Shown here: one piece after another, positions 45,601 through 57,241 of the stretch
Numbering within the stretch: the first letter of the stretch is position 1
How the letters are laid out: every line of letters begins with the position of its first letter
From: Mobula birostris
Taxonomy: Eukaryota
Length of the DNA: 64,000 bases
Assembly: GCF_030028105.1 (NCBI RefSeq)
Contig: NW_027274494.1
Location: 1 to 64,000 of the forward strand
Direction of reading: 5' to 3'
The notes under the pieces: generated by a model
Databases searched by the model: none
Seen by the model: only the letters and a program-made list of their open reading frames with translations
What the model was told of the DNA's origin: nothing
Made by a program: the position numbers and the translations under genes

Positions 45601-47197
45601 GTTTTCGGAGATGGTTCTGTACTTCGTTTTGAGCTGCTGGAATTGATGACGGAGATCGATTTGCGTTCGATTCAGCTCTGAGAGATCGGAGTTGAGGACG
45701 GTAATGTTGTTTTCGAGTTTGGAGAGGTTGTTGTTGAGGACGGAAATATTCTTCAGACAGTTTCTCTGGGAGAGATCCAGGCGGGAATTCTCAGATGTCC
45801 TGGATTTAAGGGTTGAGTTCAACTCACGGACTTGCTGCTGACATTGGCGTTGGGTCCTGTTCATCTCCTGATGTTGTTCCCAAAGTCTCCGGTAGTTTCG
45901 GTCGGAGGTGATCGGAGACTGACGAGTCCGTGATACTGAGGGTGATAGTAAGGAGTGTGTCAGTGACACGGTGTGAGGTGTGTCTGTGTCAGAGTGAGGG
46001 GTGTGTCGGTCACAGTGATGGGTCTCACTCTGACACGGTGTGAGAAATGTCGGCGTGACGCAGAGGGGTGCATCAGTGTCACGGAGAGAGTTGTGTCATT
46101 GTCACAGTGAGTGAAGTGTCCGTGTCACGGTGAAGGGACGGCAAATGTTACGGTCTGGAGTGTGTAAGAGTCACAGTGAGGAGAGTGTCGGTGCCACGGT
46201 GACGGGACTGTCGGTGTTACAGTCAGGGGCGTGATGATGTCACAGTGTGGAGCGTGCATGAGTCACAGTGAGGGGCGTGACGCTGTCACTCTGAGAGCAG
46301 TGTCAGTGACAGTGTGGGGTGTGTAAGTGTCACGGTAAGGGAAGTGCCGGTGTAATAGTTTGAGCTTGACAGTGTCACGGTGCGGGGTATGTGTCGTGTC
46401 ACGGTGAGGGATATGTGTCGGTTTCACGGTGAGTAATGTATCGGTGTCACTGTGCTCGCAGTCTCAGTGTCAAGTTGTGGGGAGTATCGGTGTCACAGTG
46501 AGGGAACAGTCAATGTCACGGTGCGGAGAGCTTCGGGATCACGGTGTTGGAAGTGCCAATGTCGCAGTGAGTGGTGTGGTGGTGTCACAGAGAGGGGATT
46601 GCCGGTGTCACAGTGATGTGAGTGTCGCTATCACGCAGATTGCTCTGTCACTGTTACAGTGAACGGTGTGTCGGTGTGACAATGAGCGGTTTATCAGTGT
46701 TACGGAAAGGGTTGTGTCGGTGTCACCGTGAGTGAAGTGTCGGTGTTACGGTGGAGGGCGTGTCAGTGTTTCTATGTGCAGTGTATAAGTGTCACGGTGA
46801 AGAGAGAGGCGGTGTCACAGTGAGGGAAGTGTCCGTGTCACAGTGAGGGGGAGTGTCAGTATCACGGTGTGGGCCGTGAGAATTTCACGGTGTGGGGACG
46901 GCCGGTGTCACGGTGAAGGGTGTTACTGTATCCTTGTGAGGGGAGACTCAGTCTTATGATGTGGGGTGTGTCGGTGTCACTGTGGGGGGCGTGTCGGTGT
47001 CACGGTGAGGTTATGCGCTAACACTTCATCCCACTCTGTTTGTTTATGGTCTGACTCCTGCCGGAGCTCGTTCGACTCACCATGGATCGAGAGGCCGGCC
47101 ACTATCGCGACGAGGATGGATGTAACGAGGCAGAGTAGGCAGATCTTATGGTACGCTCTATTTCCGATGTTTTCTTTCGACTCTTGTTTATGCGGAC
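42416..47197 (-). CDS. Gene C: type II C-type lectin-like receptor, open from TM exon to stop; no cognate cytoplasmic exon found upstream
   Basis: Exons 47197-47081, 45935-45564, 44787-44645, 43028-42964 and 42614-42416 have canonical AG/GT and splice in frame (about 298 aa). Confidence 0.85.
42964..43028 (-). CDS. Gene C CTLD exon 2 (65 bp)
   Basis: ttcacag|DFVSSSIGYADRSYWIGKCRDG|gtgag. Confidence 0.9.
43061..43637 (+). mobile_element. Solo LTR (same family as 10171-10770)
   Basis: TGTAAC...GTTACA termini; shared tgtaacgcgc, cactactaa and aatggtttctctgcag blocks; no clear TSD. Confidence 0.7.
43715..44600 (+). repeat. 52-bp array, gene C CTLD1-CTLD2 intron
   Basis: G-strand units on +, which are C-strand on the gene sense strand. 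Confidence 0.9.
44645..44787 (-). CDS. Gene C CTLD exon 1 (143 bp)
   Basis: tttgcag|GQTCPQYWQRNKDRCYFISTWGKSYDEAREYCSDLDARLLEINSKEEK|gtatgt. Confidence 0.92.
44870..45490 (-). repeat. 52-bp array, gene C neck-CTLD1 intron
   Basis: C-strand units on +, opposite to 43715-44600. Confidence 0.85.
45564..45935 (-). CDS. Gene C neck exon (372 bp)
   Basis: VSRTRQSPITSDRNYRRLWEQHQEMNRTQRQCQQQVRELNSTL...NKAQICQYFTSRR|gtgag. Confidence 0.9.
45950..47010. repeat. ~23-bp degenerate repeat, gene C TM-neck intron
   Basis: gtgtcggtgtcacggtgaggg units. Confidence 0.85.
47081..47197 (-). CDS. Gene C TM exon (117 bp)
   Basis: GPHKQESKENIGNRAYHKICLLCLVTSILVAIVAGLSIH|gtgagt; close paralogue of the gene A TM exon. 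Confidence 0.9.
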
Positions 47198-48391
47198 CTG
47201 TAGAGAGAACTTTCAGTTTGTGCGTGAATTCAGCCGTGACTCCCACTGGGACTCGCTTCCACCCACGATCCACGCTGTCTCCTTCCATCACGATCACCCT
47301 CTCCCTCTCTCAATCTCAGCTATTGTCAGCCGTCGTCGCTGAGAGTCCAAATTCCTTGGCTTGTGTTTGGCTGACAGGAGTCTGACGGATTCCAGAGATC
47401 AGTCGGATCTCCCCGGAGCCTCCTCCGCTCTATAGGAAGCAACCCATGTGTCCGACCTCTCGTTGTAACACATGCCATCGAATCCAGGCAGCATCCTGTT
47501 ACACCTCTCTGGTGGGTACCCAGCGCCTTGACATACTTCCGATAATCTGGTGACCAGAGCTGCATACGAAACGCCTGATTCATACTAACTGGTGATGTTT
47601 ATAAAGTTGCAACATAACTCCCTGACATTTGTATTCAATGCCTCGACTAATAAAGACAAGAATTCCTTAAGCCTTCTTGAAGAGCAGATGGTATCTAACA
47701 AGCCTGATAGAGTTTTTTGAGAAGGTGACCGGGCATATAGATGAGGGTATCGATGTGGATGTGATCTCTATGGATTTTAGTAAGACATTTGACAAGGTTC
47801 CACACGGCAGGCTTATTGAGAAGGTCAGAAGGCATGAGATCCAGGGAGGTTTGGCCAGGTGGATTCAGAAAGGGCTTGCATGCAGAAGGCATAAGGTCGT
47901 GGTGGAGGGCATACATTCGGATTGGAGGGTTGTGACTCGAGGTGTCGCACAAGGATCCGTTCTGGGATCTCTACGTTTCGTGATTTTTATTAACGACCTG
48001 GATGTGGGGGTGGAAGGCTGGGTTGGCAAGCTTGCAGACGAAACACAGATAAATTGATTACGTGGAGCAAGGAAATGGCAGACCAATTGAATACCTACTT
48101 TGGTTCTGTCTTCACTAAGGAGGACATAAATAATCTTCCCTGAATAGTAGGAGACGGAGGGACTAGTGAGATGGAAGAACTGAGGGAAATACATGTTAGT
48201 AGGGAAGTGGTGTTAGGTAAATTGAAGAGATTAAAGGCAGATAAATCCCCAGGGCCAGATGGTCTGCATCCCAGAGTGCTTAAGGAAGTAGCCCAAGAAA
48301 TAGTGAATGCATTAGTGATAATTTTTCAAAATTCTTTAGATTCTGGACTAGTTCCTGAGGATTGGAGGGAGGGTAATGCAACCTCGCTTTA

Positions 48392-48394
<3 letters not shown>

Positions 48395-48448
<54 letters not shown>
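48395..48448. repeat. (GA)n microsatellite expanded inside CR1 ORF2
   Basis: About 26 GA units in place of the short aaaggaaggagaaag-type sequence of the 35190 copy. Confidence 0.95.
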
Positions 48449-48449
<1 letters not shown>

Positions 48450-49325
48450 CGGGGGAATTATAGACCGGTTCGCCTGACTTCGGTGGTAGGGAAAATGCTA
48501 GAGTCAAAGATGTAATAACAGCTCATTTGGAAAGCGGTGAAATGATCGGACAAAGTCAGCATGGATTTGTGAAAGGAAAATCATGTCTGACGAATCTCAT
48601 AGAATTTTTGAGGATGTAACTAGTAGAGTGGATAGGGGAGAACCAGTGGATGTGGTATATTTGGATTTTCAAAAGGCTTTTGACAAGGTCCCACACAGGA
48701 GAGTAGTGTGCAACCTTAAAGCACACGGCATTGGGGGTATGGTATTGCTATGGATAGAGAATTGGTTGGCAGATAGGAAGCAAAATGTGTGAATAAACGG
48801 TATCTTTTCAGAATGGCAGGCAGAGACTAGTGGGGTGCCTGAAGGCTCAGTGCCGGGACCCCAGTTGTTTACAATATATATTGATGATTTAGATGAGGGA
48901 ATTCAATGCAGCATCTCCATGTTTGCGGATGACACGAAGCTGGGCGGCAGTATTAGCTGTGAGGAGGATGCTAAGAGGATGCAGGGTGACTTGGATAGGT
49001 TGGGTGAGTGGGCAAATTCATGGCAGATGCAACTTAATGTAGATAAATGTGAGGTTATCCACTTTGGTGCCAAAAACAGGAAAACAAATTATTATCTGAA
49101 TGGCGGCCGATTAGGAAAAGGGAAGGTGCAACGAGACCTGGGTGTCATTATACAGCAGTCATTGAAAGTGGGCATGCAGGTACAGCAGGCGGTGAAAAAG
49201 GCGAATGGTATGCTGGCATTCATAGCAAAAGGATTCGAATACAGGAGCAGGGAGGTACTACTGCAGCTGTACAAGTCCTTGGGAGACCACACCTGGAGTA
49301 TTGTGTGCAGTTTTGGTACCCTAAT

Positions 49326-49606
49326 GATATCTCAGGATATTTAGCCGTGACTTTGATCCAGAATGCCGGCAGAGATGTTATATCAAACATACTTTTCAGC
49401 CCGCCGTCATTTGTAAGCTTGAGGAGTTGATCTCCTTCCCGCGCTGACATGCATGTCGCGCGGGTAATGACGTCGTGTGCTTTCAAGCTCCTCAGTGACC
49501 GAGACAGTAAATGAGGACAGGCTCGGATGAGTCCTGTCGCTAAATTATATCGTTTTCTCCTGGCCCTGTAGCGCATGCTTTGCGGCCCGGTGATTGGGGA
49601 CCACTG
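49326..49606 (-). mobile_element. hAT (Buster/Charlie-like) non-autonomous fragment, one terminus only
   Basis: Minus-strand terminus cagtggtccccaa; transposase C-terminal fragment LTNDGGLKSMFDITSLPAFWIKVTAKYPEI; near-TSD ccctaat/ccttaat in the CR1 host. Confidence 0.7.
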
Positions 49607-50499
49607 CCTTAATCTGAGGAAAGACATTCTTGCCGGAGTGGGTGTACAAAGAAGGTTCACCAGATTGATTCCTGGTATGGCAGAACTTTCATATGATGAA
49701 CGACTGGATCGACTAGGCTTATACTCGCCGGAATTTAGAAGATTGAGGGGGAGATCTTATCGAAACGTATAAAATTCTAAAGGGATTTCACAGGCTAGAT
49801 GCAGGAAGATTGTTCCCGCTGTTGGGGAAGTCCAGAACGAGGGGTCACAGTTTGAGGATAAAGGGGAAGCCTTTTAGGACCAAGATTAGGAAAAACTTCT
49901 TCACACAGAGAGTGGTGAATCTGTGAATTCTCTGCCACAGGAAACAGTTGAGGCCAGTTCATTGGCTCTATTAAGAGGGAGTTAGATATGGCCCTTGTGG
50001 CTAAAGTGATCAGGGGGTATGGAGAGAAGGCTGGTACAGGTTTCTGAGTTAGATGATCAGCCATGATCATACTGAATGGCGGTACAGGCTCGAAGGGCCG
50101 AAGGGCCTACTCCTGCACCTATTTTCTATGTTTCCATGTTTCACTCCTGTCATCCTTTTTTTATTCACATAATTGAAGAATGCATTGGGGTTTTCCTTTA
50201 CCCTACTCGCCAAGGCCTTCTTATGCACGCTTCTTGCTCTTCTCAGCCCCTTCTTAAGCTCCTTTCTTGTTTCCATATATTCCTCAATTGACCCATCTGA
50301 TCGTTGCTTCCTCAACCACATGTATGCTGCCTTCGTCCACCTAACTAGATTTTCCACCTCACTTGTCACCCATGGTTCCTCCACCCTACCATTCTTTATC
50401 TTCCTCACCGGGACAAATTTATCCCTAACATCCTGCAAGAGATCTCTAAACATCGACCACATGTCCATGGTACTTTTCCGTCTACTCTACCCCATTCCA

Positions 50500-52541
50500 C
50501 TCTCCCGTGATAAGACAGAAAACGAAACACTTTCAGCCCTATCTCACCGTGGTCAGACACAGTCTGCTGCTCTTCTTTCCCGTCAGATCACACAACACAG
50601 AGGTCAGATACGCAAGAAGCTCCCTCCACACCATCCTATCACACACTCCCGGGTGAAAAACAGAGAGACGTCTGCTCCATACCCTCCCACCATAAAATCG
50701 AGCGGTAAGGCATAGAGCACACTCCAGGGATCAGGCACAGTGTAGCTGCTTCAGCACCGTCTGATTACTGACACCTTGTGAAAGACATGGAGAGAAGCTC
50801 TCTTCCACTCTCCCGTGACACACGAGCAGGATCAGAAACAGACCCATCACAGACACCCGGAGTCAGTTATACAGTGTTGGTCTCCGCACGCCATTCAGTC
50901 ACAGACTTCCTGATGGGTCAGACACACATTGCCTTCCATCCGCAATGACCCGTCACACGCTCTCGGGGAGAGACGAAGAATGACGCTGTTGTCTCACGGG
51001 CCCATCATACTCCCCCGGTGTCAGACACAGAGTTATGCTCCTTCCGCACTGTCCCGGGTTCAGCCTCAGACTGAAGCTTTCTCTGCACCACACTATCAGA
51101 CACGCCTGGGTCAGACATGGAGTGAAGCTCCCTGCACACTGTCACATCACACAGTCCTGCGGGCACACACAGAGTCAACCTCCGCCCACACTACCCCGTT
51201 ACACCCGCCCGTGATCAGATAGGAAATGAAATGCTCTCGGCACCACCCGACCGCATACTCCCGTGGTCCGACACAGTATGATGCTCCTTCTACCCCGTCA
51301 CATCACACAACACAGGGGTCAGAAAACTAGAGATGCTCCCTCTGCATCGTTCTATCTCACACTTCTGTTATCAGACACAGAGCGGAACACCATCCAGGCA
51401 CGCGTCAATGTTCCCGCTGTCAGTCACACACATGACCTCCCTCCCAAACGCACTCACCCACCACCCCACCTCCGCTATTCCTTCCCATCACACGCACACC
51501 GTGTCACAGAGTCCAATGATACACACACGGGGTGAGACACAGATTCAAGCTCCCTGCATACGGTCAGATCACAGACTAAAACGGTCAGGCGCAAATGGAA
51601 TCTCTCTCTCCACGGTCTCAGCACACACTCTAGGCGTCAGACGTGGAGTGAAGCTCACGTCCACATTGTCAAATCATACACTCCGGGAATCAGACGCCGA
51701 GTTTAGTTCCCTCTACAAAGCCTCGTCACGTACTCCCTGCGTCAGAAACAGAGTGAATCTCTCTCTCATGGGCTTATCACACATTCCAGCGGTCAGACGT
51801 GGAGTGATGTTTCCTGCACACTGTCCAATTACACTCTTCCCGTGTCAGATTCTGGGTGTTACTCCTTCCCCACCGTTTCATTACACAGTCTCTGGGTCAG
51901 ACACAGAGTGAAGCTACCTCCCCTCGGCCGCTCATACACTCCTTGAGTAAGATATCAGAATATAGATCCTTCCCCAAAGTCCAATCTCACACAGCCTTGT
52001 TCAGACACACTCTGAATCTCTCTCTCTCTCTGCAACCCCATCACACACTCCAGGGGTTAGACACGGAAAGAAATTCCCTTAGCGCACACGACAAATGTCA
52101 GAGGGAGACTGATTCTCCCTCTACATCTTCTCAACACACCACAGAGCAAACTGTCTGGCACAGAGGGAAGCTGCCTCCTCACCGTCCCATCACACACTCC
52201 CGAGAATAACACAGTGCGAATCTCCCTCCTCACGTCCAGTACCACACTCACGTGGTCAGACACAGAATGAATCTCCCTCTGCACGGCCACATCACACACC
52301 ACCGAGTCTAACAAAGTGTGATTCTCCCTCCTTACGTTTCATCACACACTCCCTGGCAACTGTATCTGAACCGTCCCATCACACCCACTTGTGTTCACAC
52401 ACAAAGTGAAGTTCCGCCCTCACTTCCCATGGCACACTCACGGGGTCAGACTACCTTCACAACATCCAATCACACAATCTGATGTAACATAAAGTGACCT
52501 CCCCTCTGCACTTTCCCATCACACACTCCCAGAGTCAGACA

Positions 52542-52572
<31 letters not shown>

Positions 52573-52990
52573 CCCGATCCCATCAGACACAGAGTGAACG
52601 CCCCTCTGCACCGTCCCCTCACACACTCCCGGATTCAAAGTGAAACTCTCTCTCCACGGTGCCATAATACCATTCAGGGGTCAGACATGGAGTGAAGCTC
52701 TCTGGGCCCTGTCCGATCACACAGTCCGCCTGTCAGACACAGAGTGCAGCTGGATCCACCGTCACATCAGAATTTCCCGGAGTCAGAAGTTGTAATGTTA
52801 CGTCACACAATCCCGTGGTCAGACACAGAGGGAATCCACCTCCACACCGTCCCGTCACACTCTCCTGGGTTCAGTGACAGAGTGAAACTTCCTCCACGCA
52901 GCACCATGACACACTCCCCCGTCAAACACAGAGGAAATCTCCTTCCACACCACCTCTTCACTACTCCCGATGTCAAACACAAAGTGACGC
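50500..52990 (-). repeat. Long, highly degenerate 52-bp minisatellite array
   Basis: Scattered gtcagacacagagtgaa / ccatcacacactcc cores. Confidence 0.8.
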
Positions 52991-53051
52991 CTCCCCTGTC
53001 TGTGGCTGCCCTGTGATGAGGAGCGGGTTAAAGATGAGAATGATGCCTCAC

Positions 53052-53204
53052 CTCTTCTGCTGGTCAACAATTCACAGATTTGAGCCTTGGTTTCGTTCAC
53101 AGCTTTGTACTTCGTTTCCATCTCGTTGATCTCGGACTGAAGAATTGAGTTCAACTCATGGCAGTTTCGGTCGAGGGTGGTCTGAGACTGACGAATCTGT
53201 GATA
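53052..53204 (-). pseudogene. Gene D: orphan short neck exon (153 bp, in frame, splice sites intact)
   Basis: ctctctcag|VSQIRQSQTTLDRNCHELNSILQSEINEMETKYKAVNETKAQICELLTSRR|gtgagg; ~23-bp intron repeat upstream (53230-54170); no TM or CTLD exons of its own seen. Confidence 0.8.
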
Positions 53205-54480
53205 CTGAGAGAGATGGTGAAGGATGTTTAGCCTTTACAGTGACACGTGAGTCAGCATCACGTTACCGAGCGGGTCACAGAGAGTCTTGTGTCAGTGTCA
53301 CGTTGAAGGTCGTCACAGTGAGTGGCGTCGGCCTGTCGTGTCACGCTGACGGGTATATTAATGTGTCGGTGAAGGTTACGTTGTTGTTCCAATGGGGGTC
53401 TCCGGCAATATCATGCGGGGCATATTCGAGTTGCTGTGAAGGACGTGGCGTGCCACCGTGATAGATGATTCTGTGCCCCGGCGAGAGTTGCTCCAGGCCG
53501 CAATGAAGTGTATCTCGATGTCAGGGCGAGGGAAATGTCAGAGGGGCTTGGTGGTGTCATGGTGAGTATCTGTGCGATGGTGTGGGGTGTGCTGGTCTCA
53601 CAGAGGGGGGTGTGTCTTTGGCACGGTAAGAGGCGTGTCATTTCCACGGTGGGTGTGACGGTGCCAGGCTAAAGTGATTTGGTAGCACGTTAACAGGTTT
53701 GCTTGTGTCAGGATGAGGTGTGGGTAATTGCCTCAGTGAGCGGTGCATCGCTATTTTCGGCGATACTGCCTCGGTAAGGTTTGTTACATTGGCATCTGAG
53801 TCTTTGTCACGAGGCGGTGCTGAGCGGATCACCTTAAGGAATGTGATGTTGTCACGATGAAGAGCGTGTCGGTGTCATTGTGAGATATGTTTCGGTGTCG
53901 CCTTGAGCAGTTTATCATTGACACGGTCAAAGGCTTGTCGCTGTTACAGTGAGGGGTTGGTTGCGGTCAGTGTGACGGCCATGTGTGTATCACGGCGATG
54001 CTCACGTCCTTGTCGTGGTTAGGAGTCTATCTGTGTCTCGTTGAAGGTCGTGACCGTGCTACGGTGACAGCATTGTTCATGTTATGGTGAATGGCCTGTC
54101 AGTGTCAGGATGAGTCTTGATTGTGTTACGGTGAAGGTCGTGTCCTTATTACGGTTAGAGGCTTGTCTGTTTTATGGTGGTAGGTTTTAAGAAATGAATT
54201 GTACTTTGTCATTAGCCATGTGTATTCATCTGTCAATATATCATTGAAATTAGCAGAATAAAGCTTAATCGATCTACTGCCTGAACAAATTAGAACCAAG
54301 AATCGCGAATAATAATACAAAATGCCACGAAGGTGTGATTCCAAGGCTGGGGTCTCTAGATGAACCTGGGTTCAGCTAGAGGAAACATCAGTCCGTGGGG
54401 GATAGCTCTTCCTCCCTGTGAGTTGGGGGTCCCCATTACAGTACCCATAAAAGTAAGTGGACATGTAACCCCAGCTCCCT

Positions 54481-54554
54481 CTGCTCCGAAGCTAAGCAGG
54501 CTCAGGCCTGGTCAGTACTTGGATGGGTGACCGCCTGAGACCTCAGCCTTTTTT
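54481..54554 (+). pseudogene. 5S rRNA-derived fragment (pseudogene or SINE3 head)
   Basis: gaagctaagcaggctcaggcctggtcagtacttggatgggtgaccgcctg closely matches vertebrate 5S GAAGCTAAGCAGGGTCGGGCCTGGTTAGTACTTGGATGGGAGACCGCCTG; T-run follows. Confidence 0.85.
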
Positions 54555-54560
54555 ACCTCC

Positions 54561-54875
54561 TTCATGATGGTTCAGGGGTAGCAACCGTTAGGAAACCTGG
54601 ATGTCTGAGTCCTGAGGCTCCTAGACACCCATCCTGATGGTTGAGTGGTAATAATTTTCCAGAACCTGGTAGTGTAGGGCTCTGAGGCTCCTGTACCTTC
54701 TTCCTGATTTTTGTTGGGTAATAACTGTCCCTGAACCCGGTGATGTGAGTCCTGAGGCTCCTGTACCACCCTTCAGATCGTTGAGGGATAGTATATCTTC
54801 TTGAAACTGGTTGTGAGACTCCTGAGGCTCCTGGACCTTCTTCCTGATGGTTGAGGGGCAACAACTGTTCCATAA
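54561..54875 (-). repeat. 70-bp tandem repeat (~4.5 copies) derived from a Rex/Babar 3' segment
   Basis: Units start at 54561, 54631, 54701, 54771 and 54841; core ctgaggctcct; minus strand encodes RYRSLRTH.T.F.xSY.P. Confidence 0.8.
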
Positions 54876-55076
54876 CATTGAGTGTAAATCATGAGGCCAA
54901 TTATCTATAGTGAGCAAGTCTGCGAAAAATGGATAGTTGCAGGGTAAATTTGCCTTCCCTGAATATACTCGTAACTATTTATACGGATACGACATGAAGG
55001 GTCCCTGTGGGGACACAGTTTCACTGTCAGCAAAACCCAATATCGTCACTCACTGTTCTCTGTTCCCCATTTACAG

Positions 55077-55218
55077 AACAGACGTGTTGCCAGGGATGGG
55101 TCAACAGGAGAGGTGCTTGTTATTTCTTATCACGGTGGCAAAATCTCACGCTGCAGCGAAGAAAAAATGTTCGAAGGGTGGCTCAAAGCTGCTGGAAATT
55201 AGCTCAATCGAGGAAGAG
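55077..55218 (+). pseudogene. Gene E: isolated CTLD exon 1 with a 1-bp deletion (142 bp)
   Basis: EQTCCQGWVNRRGACYFLS / VAKSHAAAKKKCSKGGSKLLEISSIEEE|gtatgt. Confidence 0.88.
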
Positions 55219-55249
55219 GTATGTGACAGAGCACGTGAGAATGGCCACA

Positions 55250-56845
55250 AACTACCCGGGGCCTGACAGAGTGAAGCTCCCTCCAAAACGTCCCTTCACA
55301 CGCTCCCGGGGCCAGACACTAATGCAGCTCCTTCCACACCGTCCTATCACACGCTTCAGGGATCACTCAGAGTGAAGCTCCCGCCACACCGTCCCATTGC
55401 ATACACCCGGGGTCGGAGACAGAGTAAAGCTCCCTCTACACCGTTCCATCATACCCTCCCAGGGTCAAACAGAGAGGGAAGCTCCCTCCACACTGTCCCA
55501 TCGCACAATCACGGGATCAGACACAGAGTTAAGCCCCCTCTACACCGACCCATTACACACTTCTGGGATCAGACACAGAGTGAAGCTCCCACTATTCCGT
55601 CCCAGCAGAGACTGCCGAGGTCAGACACAGAGTACATCTCCCCACACACTCACCCATCACACACTGCCAGGGACAGACACAGAGTGAAACTTTTTTTTTT
55701 TCCGCACAGTCCGATCGCACAATCACAGGATCAGAAACAGAGTGAAGCTACCCCACACCAACGCATCACACACTCCAGGGGTCAGACAAATTGTGAAGCT
55801 CCCTTCACACCGTCCCACCACAACATCCCGGGAAAAAAAAAGACACAGAGTGGAAATCCCTCCACACTGTCCTATCGCACACCCCCGTGGTCAGACACAG
55901 AGTGAAGCTCCCTGAACACCGCCCCATCACACATTCCCGTGGTAGTACAGACTGAAGCTCCCTCCACACCGTCACATCACATACTCCCAGTGTCATAAAG
56001 AGTGAAATTCCGCCCACACCGTCGCATCACACACTCGCGGGGTCAGACACAGAGTGAATCTCCCTCCACACCATCCCATCACACACTCCCGGTGTTATAA
56101 AGAGTGAATCTCCGCCCACACCGTCCCATCACACATCCTGGGATCAGACACAGAACGAAGCCACTGCACGTCATCCCATCAAACACTGCCGGATCAGACA
56201 GTGAGTCAGTTCCCTCTACACCGTCCCGTAACACACTCCCGGGGACGGACAAGTAGTCAAGCTCCCTCCCCACCGTCCCATCACACCATCCCGGGAAAAA
56301 GACACAGAGTAGAAATCCCTCCACACTGTCCCATCGCAATATTACTGGATCAGATACAGAGTGAATCCTCCTCCACACCGTCCCATCACACACTCCCGGG
56401 GTGAAACGCAGAGTGGAGCTCCCTCTACACCGTCTCATCACACACTCCCGGGGTCAGACACAACGTGACGCTCTCTCCACACCGTCCCATCACACCCTCC
56501 CAGTGTCATACAGAGTGAAGCTTCCTCCACACCGTCCCATCACACTCTCCCGGTGTCATACAGAGTGAAGCTTCCTCCACACCGTCCCATCACACCCTCC
56601 CGGTGTCATACAGAGTGAAGCTTCCTCCACACCGTCTCATCACACATACCTGGATCAGACTCAGATTGAAGCTGCTACACATCGCCCCATCACATACTGC
56701 CGGTGTCGGAAGTGAGTGAAGCTCCCTCCCCACCGTCCCATTACACACTCACCGGGTCATACGGAGTGAAGCTCCCTCCACGCCGTCTCATGACACATCG
56801 CCGGACTCAGCCGCAGAGTGAAGCTCCCTGCACACCATCACATCA
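55250..56845 (-). repeat. 52-bp array downstream of the gene E exon
   Basis: C-strand units. Confidence 0.9.
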
Positions 56846-57241
56846 CCTTCTCAATTCGAGTCTCGGGCACCGCTATTTTTTGATTGACGGTGTCAAGCTG
56901 TGACTTGATATCATTGAGTTGCTCGTTTATATCTCTTTGTAATCCCCGTATCTCTTCCAGAGGTTTTATCATGTTCGCCGCTTCACCTGAACGAGGCCCA
57001 TCGTCAGCCTGGCGAGCACGCGTTCGAGTAGTAGAGACACGTCTTGTACCTCCCTCGTCCATAGGCTCCGCACTGATTCCTTTTTTATCTCCATTCTTTT
57101 TCTCCGTTCTTGCCCCCCTTATCAATTCAGATATTTTCGGAAGATCTTATATTTGATAAATGAACGCGGCAATATATGCGTTTTTTTTCCGGAGTAGCTG
57201 TTCATTCGAGCTGCCATTTTGGACGATGACGTCACTGGAAG
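56845..57241 (-). mobile_element. L1-type LINE 5' end (5' UTR plus ORF1 coiled-coil start), 3'-truncated
   Basis: 5' cttccagtgacgtcatcgtccaaaatggcagc (CRE and YY1-like AAAATGGC); ORF ...EIRGLQRDINEQLNDIKSQLDTVNQKIAVPETRIEKV. Confidence 0.65.

Larger units (their letters stand above)
47400..50475. mobile_element. Cluster of CR1 fragments: 47400-47675 (-), 47675-48045 (+), 48045-50140 (+, ORF2 3' part with tail), 50140-50475 (-)
   Basis: RT motifs DFSKTFDKVPH, DFQKAFDKVPH, FADDTK; tttctatg tail near 50130. Confidence 0.85.

Noticed and set aside
49438-49464. Palindrome cccgcgctgacatgcatgtcgcgcggg
   Set aside because: Lies inside a hAT fragment at its internal junction; no evidence of independent function.
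54481-54554. Functional 5S rRNA gene
   Set aside because: The 5' ~45 nt and the 3' end do not match 5S, there are several substitutions, and it is not in a tandem array.
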